Positions 42,168 through 55,073 of a DNA stretch of 64,000 nt are shown piece by piece. Each line of letters begins with the position of its first letter. Position 1 is the first letter of the stretch. The notes below the pieces were generated by a model. That model was not told where the DNA came from. It searched no databases and saw only the letters and a program-made list of their open reading frames with translations. A program made the position numbers and the translations under genes. This DNA is from Eledone cirrhosa (taxonomy: Eukaryota), in assembly GCA_964016885.1 (NCBI GenBank), contig OZ024740.1:95480001-95544000 (forward strand), in the 5' to 3' direction.

Positions 42168-42356
42168 TAATTGTTTCTACTTTAGGCACAAGGTCAGCAA
42201 TTACTCACTGCATTACTGGTACTTTATTTTATCGACCCCGTAAGGATGAAAGGCAGAGTCAACCTCGGCGGGATTTGAACTCAGATCGTAAAGGGACGTA
42301 ACTATGCTGGAAAGCATGGCGTCCGACCCTCTACCGATACAGCCAATACACCGCCC
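42168..42356 (-). mobile_element. SINE family B, full length, 18 bp TSD
   Basis: TSD cgtattatatcagataat at 42154-42171 and 42359-42376. Confidence 0.92.
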
Positions 42357-42499
42357 ACCGTATTATATCAGATAATGATTTGTGTTTGTATAACATATCC
42401 ATATATGATACATTGATGGTGTATTCTACGCTGGTGTATTCTACCTGGGGTCAATATAAACCAATGCCCCTTTTATGTAGTGAGATGGATGTGTTTGTT

Positions 42500-44720
42500 C
42501 GTTCAACGACGTAGTTTATTTTTCATTTCTTTATGCGTGAGCAAATTTGCTAACTATTTCTATTGTATAGCTTGTCATTCTTTCATCTTTTAGCTGTTTC
42601 TGCCACTCGGGCCCATTGAATAGTTTACTGACCATCTCATGTATCCGCGTTCTGACAAATTAACCGTCGTGTTTCACAGATATGACCTGCTCTAGGGCTG
42701 TACTCGCAGCGGGCGATTGCAATGCACCACCTAATCGCCTACTCTATTTTGATTGCGGTACTCTAACTAAAAGCCATTTATCGGGCAATATTCGCACTGT
42801 TGATAGGGCACTAACCCCTCTTGATTATGATTACGATTGCAGATTTCAACTGTCGCTTAAATTATGTAGTAATCTTGTCTCCTTGTTTTTTACATACTAC
42901 GAAAGACACGACTTTCCGGTATACATAGGTGACCATTAATAGTTGTGGAGAGGGTGGTGGATTGGCAGTATCGGTAGAGGGTCGGACGCCATGCTTTCCA
43001 GCATAGTTAGATCCCTTTACGATCTGAGTTCAAATCCCGCCGAGGTTGACTTTGCCTTTCATCCTTACGGGGTCGATAAAATAAAGTACCAGTAATGCAC
43101 TGGGTAATTGCTGGCCTTGTGCCTAAAGTAGAAACAATTAATATTTGTGGAGAGGATGCGTTATGCCTATTGGCTAATCTTATTAAAAACCGATAACAAT
43201 ACAATATTGATGAATGTATAAAATTGCTGGCATACTGGGTGAATCTAGATGGTAAATATAAGAGAGCTGAAATTGTCTGATCAGTTTCTTGGAGGTTTTC
43301 CTCCTCATACCCGTTCTGTCGCCTATTCTCCCACAGTCCCAACTTGCAAGTACGATACCAACCCACTCTCCCGTTAACAGTAACGGGTGAGACGTTCAAT
43401 TAGAGGCCTGACAAAATTCGGCTGTTGTGTTCCAGTCGGAGAATAGACGGCACCGGTTTAAAAGGGACACTTTCACTATTATTCCCATCCAGGATCTGTA
43501 ACTTACATGGAGGTCTACGCATTGTCTAAAAAGCACTGCCACCAGTCTCCCATTGATGGCCGACTAAGTTGTACAGAGAATTCACACTCGTCAATAATGG
43601 CTGCTAGTGCTTGTCTGTCGGAAATGGTAGACTCGATAAAGGGTTTCGCATATATAGCTAGGGACCTGAGGTTCGTGAGTAAATGGCATTGCATCCAGAA
43701 GAGAACCAGAAAATGGAAATGTATGTCACTTACTCTTAAATTGTCAATGCTGGCCAGAAAGTGTAGAGGATAAAAGGTGCTCATTACACCCTTGTGCTGT
43801 TTGCGATCGGATAGTACGACCTCCATATGTGGTTGTGGATTCATTGAGAAGTTATTTAATATGACACAGGTGCCTTTTACTGGTTCCCATGTCAAGAGTA
43901 AACTCCCCCTATTATATGCATCCAGATATATGCGCACAATCATTAGAGTGTGTTACAATTTAAACATACTGGTGCCACTCATCACACCATCTTTCCCAAT
44001 ATCGACACATTCAATAAGCCCCTGATGTTCTTCGTTAACTCTCCTCACTTGTAGTGCCTTTTGTGTCTGTGTGGCTGTTTATTTCTGTGTCGTGTTGCTT
44101 TTTTTTTCATGGGTGGTTGTGGTTGTGTGAGTGTTGATAATGTTGGTTGCGGTAGCGGTGGTAGAGTTGTCCACTGCTGTCTGAGTGAATTTCGAGGTGT
44201 ATGGATGTCTGTAATATAGTTGTTGTTATCGTCATTGCCGGTGGTCGCGTTCATGGAAGGTCAAATGCTTTTCGTGTTTTCTCTTTCTTTTTTCTTTCTT
44301 TTTAGTGTTTTCTCTTTCTGTTTTCTTTCTTTTTAGTGTTCCCTCAATATATTTAAGGGATGGTGAAATATGTGTCTCTGAAGGATATGTCTGTAATATG
44401 GATGAGAGTGTTCATGTGAGTGTGTGAGAGAGTTAATATGTGGGAGTTTCTGTTGAGAGTAGATGGAGTGAGAAGGGTTGAGGGAAGATGGTACATCGTT
44501 GGGTGGCCAACCATGTGATTTTGACATATATTGTATTGTTTGTGTTTGAGGATCCACTGCTGCTGTTGCTGTTATTATTGGTTTCGATGTTTTACTATGA
44601 TTGTATTGACCGTCCAGCTGTTGGTTTTCCTGCGACTGTTACTTGATTTGGTGCTATTGTTAAAGCGTTTCGCTGATTTTGGTGTCGTTACTGTGACTGT
44701 TGGAAACCTGGTGTAAGCAG
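42500..44720 (-). pseudogene. Old, heavily decayed Tx1 LINE (ORF1 remnant + APE/linker)
   Basis: WMQCHLLTNLRSL matches WKQGHLLNDLRSL; TSHPLLLTGEW matches TSHPLLLAGDW; gccactcgggcccattgaa (42602) is identical to Tx1 copy 2 at ~29378. Boundaries are approximate. Confidence 0.75.
42952..43140 (+). mobile_element. SINE family B, full length, ~19 bp TSD, nested in an old Tx1
   Basis: TSD attaata(g/t)ttgtggagagg at 42935-42953 and 43137-43155. Confidence 0.92.
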
Positions 44721-45009
44721 CAAGCAAGCCTTGCTATGTCTGTATTTTATTCACATTTCGGAATTATCTTACTTTGTTTACATAGGCTTCAGTGAGACAT
44801 AATATGATAGTTATTATTTCTGATGTCATGTTTCAGTTTGCATATTTTCTAATTTCACCAACTTAAGTACACTCGCCTGAATTCTACAATCAAGATGGAA
44901 GAAACAGTAGTTTTTGAATATGTTAAATAGATTTACTCTATTTATTTCCAAATATTTTGTATGTCTACAAATATTATATGACATATTTCTTATAGTATGA
45001 CATTAATTC

Positions 45010-45012
<3 letters not shown>

Positions 45013-45040
<28 letters not shown>

Positions 45041-45680
45041 TGTGAGAGAGAGAGAGAGAGAGAGAGAGGGGGAGCGAGAGAGAGAGATACGTATATATAT
45101 ATAGAGAGAGAGAAAGAGAGTGAAAGAGAGAGAGAGCGGTAGAGAATATAAAAGGGGTGATTACATATTTAATTGTTGTGTGAATTTGTTAATAAATAGT
45201 TTTTATTTATTATTATTTGTTGTTGAGGGAAAGAATCGGGTCATTTGTAAAAGAGAAAGTTTTGGAGTTGGCTAGGTTCATTTCTGCACAATCTGAAATG
45301 TGGCTACTTAAGCGGATTTGTCTTGTGTTTATGTCTCGGATTTTTTACCGGTGGATGGTCATTATTTTGCGTAATGACACACCCGTCTATCCTATATAGT
45401 TATGTCGACAGCCACCGCATGTGATTACCTAGATCAGTGCTCTGTGTTGCAAGTGAAGTTGTTTTTCAATGTGAAAGTTTGGGCATCTTTAAACGTGATT
45501 TTTTGTCCTTCAATTAAGTGTAGGCATGTTTCACAGTTTGTTCGTTCCCAAATTGTTACCGTAAGGTTGGAGATTGATTTGTGTATATTTTCTCCAGTGA
45601 GAATGTGTTTTAGTTATTTGGGTAGCCTTTTACTTTTAATGACCTTGTGTGTTTCTAGGATTTCTTTCAATGTTTCATTC
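45013..45680 (-). mobile_element. Near-identical inverted copy of the decayed PLE segment at ~2477-3145, bracketed by (GA)n
   Basis: ORFs 45217-45399 and 45402-45797 match 2754-2936 and 2392-2751 almost residue for residue. The stop codons in the PLE frame are shared. Confidence 0.88.
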
Positions 45681-45713
45681 AGAGAGAGAGAGAGGGAGAG
45701 AGAGAGAGAGAGA

Positions 45714-45796
<83 letters not shown>

Positions 45797-46881
45797 ACAC
45801 AATTAAATTGAAGATGTCATTTCTGTGAATATCTGAAACATGCCCCATATCGCCATCGATTAAGCTCAAATATTCTAAGGAATAAATATGAGCACAATTT
45901 AAAAGTCGATTGACACACTCACACACACATATATATTTATATATATATATATATATAATATATAAGGGAGAGAATTGGGAGTGTGTAACACTCCACTTAT
46001 CACTTATTATTATTTTTTATATTTTTTATTTTTTATTATTTTTTATTATTTATCTTTTTTAGCTATTTTTTATCTATTTATTATCTATTTTTTATCTATT
46101 GTTTATCTATATTTTATCTATTTTTTATCTATTTTTTATATACCTCTTATCTTTTTTATCTATCTCTACCTCTTAACTTGTGCCCATCCGTCTATGATAT
46201 GTTATTTGTATTAGTGTATACTGTTTGTGTTGCATACGGGTGCTTGTGTGTAGGTGCATGCGGGTGCTCATGCTTATGTATATAATTGTATGTAGCTGTA
46301 TGTTAACGTAACCCTGCCCAACTGTGAGTGATAACATCTCTTATTTTTTATTATTTATTTTTTATTATTTTTTATTTTTTATTTTCTATTTTTTATTTTT
46401 CATTTTTCATTTTTCATTTTTATTTTTATTTTTATTTTTATTTTTATTTTTATTTTTATTTTTATTTTTATTTTTTTTATATATTTTTATTATTATTATT
46501 ATTATTATTATTTTTATTTTTATTATTATTATTTTTATTTTTATTTTTATTTTTATTTTTATTTTTATTTTTATTTTTATTTTTATTTTTATTTTTATTT
46601 TTATTTTTATTTTTATTTTTATTTTTATTTTTATTTTTATTTTTATTTTTATTTTTATTTTTATTTTTATTTTTATTTTTATTTTTATGTTTATTCTTAA
46701 TCTTATTCTCTTTTTTTTTTATTCTTAATCTTATTCTTATTTTTATGTTTATTTTTATTGTACTCCTCTTATTTTGCTCCTTTTACTTTACTCTTTAAAC
46801 TCCTCCCAACTTATGGTATCCCCACATATATTCTTCTGTTTTGGCTTTGTCAATGCTTGTATACTTTGTATTTACTCTTTA

Positions 46882-46927
46882 TGCTCTGAAGAGTCCCACT
46901 TCTAGTGTGGACGAAACACTGTTAGCA
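46882..46927 (+). ncRNA. Type I hammerhead ribozyme in 5' pLTR
   Basis: tgct CTGAAGA gtcc-cac ttcta gtg-t-ggac GAAAC act GTT agca. Confidence 0.88.
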
Positions 46928-47136
46928 ATTAAAGATATACCTATGTTCTAAGCGCTCTTTGTTGTTAATTGTATTACGGCTCTGTCCTCTGACATTGAGC
47001 TAACCGTATACTGCCTATTTGATAAGTGGAGTGTTACACACTCCCAATTCTCTCCCTTATATATTATACGGCTCCCACTGGTTGAGCTTCAACTTTGATA
47101 TACGTGAATTTATATTATTGTATATCATCAGGCAGT

Positions 47137-49611
47137 ATGCTAACAAAGACATACTTACCCATTTCTTTGAAGAATATTCCCACCCCTTCTAAAATGTCAT
47201 ATGAGAAATTGCTTATAACTTGCATAAATTCCTTTGTAAAACGTGTTCGGTGGCGTGCGTTCCATTTTGATAAGAAGTATGATAACCCTGATGATAAGTG
47301 TAGTTTTAATAATTATGGCTTTAAGACATATAGGAGCCCCCCACACAATAGCCTATTGGATAATTTCGAAAGTGAGCTGTTATCCCTTGTCATGAATATT
47401 AGGTATAAAAAATCTAGATGTACCAATAAGTTTCAGAGTAAACTCGGTTCTATCGTTAAGGACTTTAAGAATAATAAATCTATTCTGGTCCCCTCCGACA
47501 AAACTAAAAACCTGTATAGTATGGATTATAAAACTTATCGTGGCTTCATTTATAATGAACTACATAGGAACTACAAAAAAACAACGCAGAGTAATTTAGA
47601 TAATATTAACTAGAGGGGCATAACATAGTAGTAAAATTAGGTCTAGATAAACACACTCAACCATATTACCCCAAACAGCCTAGATTCACCCTTAAGGACC
47701 ATAAGGAAAACTTTATTAGTAGCCCCTCAGTTAGGCTTATCTGCCCCTCCAAGTCTGATTTGGGGATTATAAGTAAGAGAATCTTAGATAGCGTAATTCC
47801 CCTGGTTAAAGAAAAAACATTCTTTGAGCTTTGGGGTAATACTAGTGAAGTCATTAGGTGGTTTTCTACGGATTGTGGGCGTGATTCGCTTAGGTTTATC
47901 TAATTTGATATTGATGCTTATTATACATCTATATCTCCTATCATCCTCAATAAGGCCCTTATCCTAGCCATGCAGAGAGGGGTCATTACACGGCCACAGA
48001 TAGATATCGTTCTCGCCGCACGTAAAACCATCATTATGTTTGAGGATAATTTATGGACGAGAAAAAACACACCGGATAATTTTGACATTAATATGGGGTC
48101 AAGTGATTCTGCTCAGGTCACCGACTTAGTTGGGCTCTACCTCCTTACTGAACTACATAGTAACTTCCCATTCCTTAGGGGTGGGTTGTACCGTGATGAT
48201 GCCCTACTCTCCATAGATGCTAGCAAGTATAATATAGTGCGCATTAGGAAAAAGCTGTATAAATTCTTTAAAACCTTCAATCTGTCCATTACTATGGATA
48301 TAAATGATAGGACTGTCAACTTCCTTGATGTTACATTGGACTTAGGTAACCATACGTACACACCCTACCATAAGCATAATGAATTGCTGACTTATGTGAA
48401 TACTAACTCCAACCATCCTAAGTCGGTCATCAGTGGTATATTGAAGGGGGTCTCTAGCAGAATAAGTTCACTCTCACATAGCGTAGAGGCGTTTAACTCG
48501 CAGGCTGATTATTATAATGATGCCTTAGCTAGATCCGGCTTTAGGGACAAATTACATTATGCCCAGGGAAATAATAGTCCAAATAGTAGCTCTACCTGTG
48601 TTGTTATAACACATACTATGTCCATTGGTAATAGAGGTGTTTCGAACATGAGGGTTTTGAATACCGGTAAAATGCACCAACAGGGTACCAATGGACTAAG
48701 TAACAATAACGGTAGGCCTATTAGCTCCCCGCATAGATTAGGTGAACATAGTAACCTTAGCAATGGAATTAATAATAATAATAATGGTAATAATAATAGT
48801 AATAGTAATAATAGTAATAGTAATAATAGTGATAGTAATAATAATAAGAATAAAAAGAATAGAAGAAGATTGAATACACAATTTTAACCCCCCATTTAAC
48901 TCCGAAGTGGCTACGAATATTCCTAGGGCCTTCTTCTCCGTGTTAGAAAGGAACTTCCCTCCTGGCAATAGGTACCACTCTATCCTCAATAAGAATGTGG
49001 TTAAACTCTCGTATTCTACAACCCAAAATCTGGCCTCTCATCTAGCCAATACCAATAATATGAAAATTAAGGAAGGCCTCGAAACCTTACGCCTAGGGGA
49101 AAACATTGGAGTCGACAAAGGTAGCCTGAACACCCGTGGTCAGCAAGCTGGTGATCATTTAGATAATAGCATCACCAGAAATTGTAACTGTAGAAGGGCC
49201 TCGAGCTGCCCCCTGAATGGTTTCTGCCTTACTAGAAACATAGTTTATGCGTGTGATGTGGTAACTACTGCGTCCACTAAAACTTATATTGGATCAACTT
49301 CCACCCATTTTAAGACCAGATTTAACTCTCACCAGTGTACATTTAGACATAATAAACTGAAGAATTCTACCTCCTTAGCAGCGCACGTCCATAATTTAAA
49401 AAATGCACGAACACAGTATACCCTCACTTGGCGGCAAGTTGCTAAATCCCATCCATATACTCCTCATAATAGAGTATGTAACCTATGCCTTACGGAATTC
49501 CACTCTATTATATTTGCCATGTGCTCCCTACTAAATAGAAAGTCAGAAATATTTTCCTCATGCCCCCACCGGATATTAAGCTCTTTCTTTTACTTTAAGC
49601 CTATTAGCTAG
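47137..49611 (+). pseudogene. PLE RT + Zn-linker + GIY-YIG ORF, few stops and frameshifts
   Basis: VPSDKT, FDIDAYY, MGSSDSAQVTDLVG, YRDDAL, FLDV, SNHP, CNCRRASSCPLNGFC, IVY..TYIG, CNLCLTE, LLNRKSE, CPH. Confidence 0.9.
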
Positions 49612-51161
49612 CACTTTCAGAATTCTCCAGTTGGGTAATCTAGTGTATTTGTCTCCTATTGTTTGTCTTGTTTGTATATGTGTCTGTGTGTATGTACGCC
49701 TGCATGTGTATATGGAATTTGGATATCAAGGTGTATATGTTAATAAGCACCCTTGTTCGGTACAGTGGATGTGACCCTTCCATACTTGCCCACCCACCGT
49801 GTGTGTGTTTGTGCATAGGTGGGTCTATCCCAACGTGTATTGTATGGATTTGTACCTTTGTATGCTCATGGGTTTTGATGTAATACATTTATGTAGAGTG
49901 TGTACTGCATTATAAGATGCACAATTGATTAGATTTAACCTGCCCCTCACATTTTATCTTATTTTAGTTTATTTAAATTACCTTATTGACTCGTGGTGAA
50001 CCAATGGGCCTGTGCCCATATGGACGGAGACTTAGCCAGTCACCGTGAGCTGACCTGTGTCATCTCGCCGTGGGCGGTAGATATGGTGTACATGTATGTG
50101 TTACCCTCCTATTCTGCGGTTCACAGTCTACACGCTGACTTTGGGGTGTTTTTGCCCGGTGTATTTTTGGCATAGTTGGTCTTCCATAGATTGACGCTCT
50201 GTGTTATTCTCCCAAAAATAACGTTTTGGCCCCGATAGCCTTCCGTATTTATTAACGGTTTGTTTATAATTGAATCTGGTGACTACACGTGTGAATACGC
50301 TCCTCATAAGGTTGTATTTTGAATATTCTGTATATATGTGTATGTGCACTGTCTCTGCATATACATGTCTGTGTGTATGTGTGTATGTATAAGTATACAT
50401 ATACTGTCTCTGGACTAACCCTAATGTTGCGTACATTATTGTGATGCCGGATTGTTGCTCAATGTTATGATGTTGTGGTTATCCGCTTTGGAAGCTATTT
50501 GTTGTGCACTGTTGCTGAGTTTTCTTATATTATATTAAATGCTATGCATAATAACCTGCTTCAACTGACTGTATTTTACCACCTGCACTTGCCTGCTTCT
50601 GCTCACTAATATGCGCCTCAGTTATTTGCCTCTTGATGTTCGTGCTGCTGTATATGAATTTGCCTGCAACCTTCCCAGCATATGCTCCTGCTTGTGATAT
50701 GGATACACCTTGTTAACCAGTTAATTCTTGCCTGAGTGCTCAACTCTGTGAATGCACGTCTGTGTATTGAACTTTGTAGTGTAAACTTTTTCTGATTGCC
50801 TAACCGCTCAACTCTATGAATGCACACCTGTGGATTGAACTTTGGAGTGTGAACTTCTGGGACTGTCCAACCTGGGATGTTTCCATTGCATTGTAATGGT
50901 CAACTCAATCTAGTGCGGACATAGCATCTGTTCATGGAAAATCTCATTTGAACGCTCTATTGTTGAACTGTGGCTAAATGCAACACCTAGGGCGTTCGTG
51001 TCCTGATATATTCCATATATCACCATGAGTCAACACTAGTGTCACCTTAGGATTTCTATAATAATATTATTATTACATGCCCTAATAATTACCATCTAGA
51101 TTACCCTTATTACATCTTTTTACCCCAGTTACATCTTGATAAATATACATTACTTGGACTG

Positions 51162-51223
<62 letters not shown>

Positions 51224-52258
51224 CCTTATATATACGTCTCTTTTATATATATTTTTTATATATTTTTGTATATATATTTTTGTGTATTTTATGTGTTGTA
51301 CGTATATCACTTGGTTAACATAGCTTGATAGCTTACGCATTTGCCAGTCTTATCTTTACCCACACCTTCCTTTATGGTGTATATTTTACTCCATTTTTTT
51401 TGGTGTATTGTTTTATTTATCTTCTGGTGTATATTTTACTTTACTTTATATTATTTTATTTTATTTTATTTTATTTTATTTTATTTTATTTTATTTTATT
51501 TTATTTTATTTTATCTTATTTTATTTTATCTTATTTTTTATTTTTTTATTTTTTATTTTTTTATTTTTTATGTTTTATATTTTATTTATTATTTATTATT
51601 ATTTTTTATATTTTTTATTTTTTATTATTTTTTATTATTTTTTATTATTTATCTTTTATCTACTTTTTAGCTATTTTTTATCTATTTTTTATCTATTTTT
51701 TATCTATTTTGTATCTACCTCTTATCTTTTTTATCTATCTCTACCTCTTAACTTGTGCCCATCCGTCTATGATATGTTATTTGTATTAGTGTATACTGTA
51801 TGTGTTGCATACGGGTGCTTGTGTGTAGGTGCATGTGGGTGCTCATGCTTATGTATATAATTGTATGTAGATGTATGTTAACGTAACCCTGCCCAACTGT
51901 GAGTGATAACATCTCTTATTTTTTATTATTTATTTTTTATTATTTTTTTATTTTTTATTTTTTATTTTTTATTTATTTTTATTATTATTATTATTATTAT
52001 TTTTATTTTTATTATTATTATTTTTATTTTTATTTTTATTTTTATTTTTATTTTTATTCTTAATCTTATTCTTTTTTTTTTATTTTTTTTTATTCTTAAT
52101 CTTATTCTTATTTTTATGTTTATTTTTATTTTTATTTTACTCCTCTTATTTTGCTCCTTTTACTTTACTCTTTAAACTCCTCCCAACTTATGGTATCCCC
52201 ACATATATTCTTCTGTTTTGGCTTTGTCAATGCTTGTATACTTTGTATTTACTCTTTA

Positions 52259-52304
52259 TGCTCTGAAGAGTCCCACTTCTAGTGTGGACGAAACACTGTT
52301 AGCA
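52259..52304 (+). ncRNA. Type I hammerhead ribozyme in 3' pLTR
   Basis: Identical to 46882-46927. Confidence 0.88.
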
Positions 52305-52791
52305 ATTAAAGATATACCTATGTTCTAAGCGCTCTTTGTTGTTAATTGTATATATATCTATATATATATGTATATCAAATACGCTTATCAAATATTGACA
52401 GGCTACAAATTGTAAAGAGTGTAAACACATATTTACGGAGGTAATTTCAAAAATTAACGAGAAACTTACATATAGATACCAAGCAATAACGATTAATCTC
52501 CTTTGTATGTATTCCATTAAAGAAATATATTTCACTATTAAACGCTGAATCACAGATTTGAACTCTGAGATCGTCAGCAAACGTGAAGATTTAACTATCT
52601 GCGATTCCACACTGAGAACAAAGAGGACATAACAACGAAAGGCACGCGTGATTTAAAAAAATAGATATCGCCCCGCTGTCAAGTCAGTGGCGTGAATAGG
52701 CTTATCGACAGCCAGAAATAGCAGCCGAGTCCTTTCAACGGAAAAAGCTCTATCCCCTGTCAATGTTTTATATGTTCATTTCATATATATA

Positions 52792-54130
52792 CTAACAGAG
52801 GCATCTGGCGTTGACAGGGAATGAAATTGTTCCTTATATATTAGAAGATAAAGGAAAATATGTTGTAAAGATATTTGTTATTCTCAAGTCAATCTGTGCT
52901 CCAATTGGTATACATGATGGAATCAATTCTGAAAGCATAATGCAAATATTATTAATAATAAAAAAAGATAAAGTTGTCCACGAGAAATGCAATTAAGTGC
53001 AAGCCAGTGGATTTCAAACTCTGAACTTGAGCTTTATTTATAGACATTACGAACCAAGTCGTATTGGGATTTCTGTTCGTTTTAACTCAAATGACATGTC
53101 TAATGGTTTGATAGGAATTGATGGAATGAAAACCTCTTCCTCAGAAGCACATCCAGTGATGTTGGTAGTTTTTAATCACACTAGGTAATAAGGTCTTCAA
53201 AATCAACCTTGTCCCATTGCATAATTTAGGAGGATCTAAATTTTTTAGAATCATTATTGGGACCTTCAGAAAAGTTTTATGAGGAGGAGATCCGGGTAAC
53301 TCAAGATAATTAACAAAGCCAGTTTTCCAAATACACAGATTAATGGATAATGGAAGGCATCATATGTTCGGCATTTTGCATTTATCCACTGCATCTTATT
53401 TCCTTTTCCTTGAATAATAATATCTCTCTTCCTGTACTAGTCGCCTGTAATCAGTGCTGCTACTTTATATGCGGCAGGGGCAATGTAGCGGCCTCTCTGT
53501 TCAACTTTTTGTCTGCATCAATAATTATTTTGTGTTCATGGTGCAGATTGTAATGTACATTTGAACATTCTGATGTACCTATTGTTTGCAGGCAATATAC
53601 CTTGCAGATAAAAGATTAATTCCTCTTTCAAATTTGGACGGTTAAATGACCTGTGCAATGCCTGCTCCTTGCAATTTGCCACCAAATATAGCTGTAACAA
53701 TTGAGGATTGTTGCCCTTAGTTGGCAACAAATATTCAATACGATGGTATACTATACCTTGAATTTCAAAAGTTGGCTTCGTGTTCACTTGTCTTAAAATA
53801 TTGGGAATGAATATGGTCATTTGGAAAAGAGAACTATAATTACTAATATGTTTTCAAGAAGTGCATGCTGCTAGGTGTGTTTCCCAAAAGTAATGCCTTC
53901 AAATATCTGGGGGTGTACCAAACGTCGGTAAAACATCGTTTATCCTAACTCTAACCCTAACACTAACACGAGGCAACGTCTATACAATTTGCGCATATAA
54001 TCGTACCAACTGTCTGTCCGGTGTTTAATGTAGAATATTAACAAGAAAACAAAAGCTAGTTAGTAGTTAAATACCGTTCTTATAATATCAAAATGTAAAC
54101 TAAGTGCATCACCCCTCATGAAGGAAGGCT
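52792..54130 (-). mobile_element. Internally deleted, decayed Helitron (RepHel fragments)
   Basis: ORF 53536-53820 (PTFEIQGIVYHRI..LLP..PQLLQLY) resembles the RepHel N-terminal region. The minus strand at ~53000-53330 gives PIF1-helicase pieces LPGSPPH, NLDPPKLCNGTRL, VFIPSIP and MSINKAQ. The 3' end caacgccagatgcctctgTTAG|T is a degenerate hairpin plus CTAG. Confidence 0.8.
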
Positions 54131-54819
54131 TTTGGCATGCTACCATTTGTCCAAGTCGTACGAGGATACTAACGGACAGAATAGAGGCGGCTTACTTCTC
54201 AAACCAGTTTCATCTTGTTCGGCCGCTATCAGTAACAACATTCGTAAGCTATTAAGAAAAAATACTCATCATCGAAAAATTCTGAAAAAAAAAAAAAAAC
54301 GAAACAGAAGCGAAGTATTCAAAACTCACACCACCCGCTGTCGTAGTGTTTTTATTTTAAATAGGAATTTTGGAGGCGATGGGGCCGCACGACATTTGAC
54401 AAACGTCTAAAGCTGACAACCACAGTGTACAGTGTTTAGGAATTAGCTCGACCCCTTACCGGGTTCGAAGGTTATGACTACAACGAAAGCGTGGCTCGGG
54501 GACCTGCTGCTCTAAAGAGCGTGCACGGATATAGCGGCGTCAGAAGCAAGGTTCTGGACGGATAAGAAACGTAAATAAGTCTCCGACCGCTGGTATTATA
54601 ACGGATGCTCAAAACGAATACAGGAAATCTATCCTCAATTCTGGGAAGGCAATGACAGTCAAATCTAGTTGTCAATGTCGCCCGTTAATGACGTGGGCAT
54701 TTCGTTCAGTCATAAATTTCGGTTCAGTCATAAATGTTGGTTCAGTCACAGACTTTCGAGGCTTTCGGTCCCCGAGAGGAGGGGGTACTCGACGGTTAGG
54801 ACACCCAATGTTACTCTCT

Positions 54820-54952
54820 TACTACGAACTAGAATCAAGCTCAACGGGTCTTCTTTCCGCACCGATCTATGCAAGCCGTGGTTTCCCTAGATAGTAGATA
54901 AGGACAGTGGGAATCTCATTGTTTCGTTCATGCGGGTCATTATTTAGATAAC
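54820..54952 (-). rRNA. Degenerate 28S rRNA fragment (pseudogene), possibly extending to ~54390
   Basis: The + strand ctagaatcaagctcaac-gggtcttctttcc, gtggtttccctagatagtagataaggacagtgggaatctc and ttcatgcgggtcattatttagat is the antisense of the conserved 28S core just 3' of the R2 site. Confidence 0.85.
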
Positions 54953-54987
54953 TTGTAACCTGAGCTTTATATATCTATCTCTCTCTC

Positions 54988-55073
<86 letters not shown>

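Larger units (their letters stand above)
45954..52351 (+). mobile_element. Full-length Neptune-type PLE with direct pLTRs, a 49 bp 5' inversion and a long 3' region
   Basis: pLTRs at 46003-46974 and ~51590-52351. 45954-46002 is the reverse complement of 47020-47068. The element is inserted in (TA)n. Confidence 0.93.

Noticed and set aside
43515-43943. 142-aa ORF as a possible viral or host gene
   Set aside because: Contains WMQCHLLTNLRSL, a decayed Tx1 ORF2 start.
54820-54952. Functional rDNA unit
   Set aside because: Short, with substitutions and deletions in conserved positions; no 18S, 5.8S or remaining 28S sequence.
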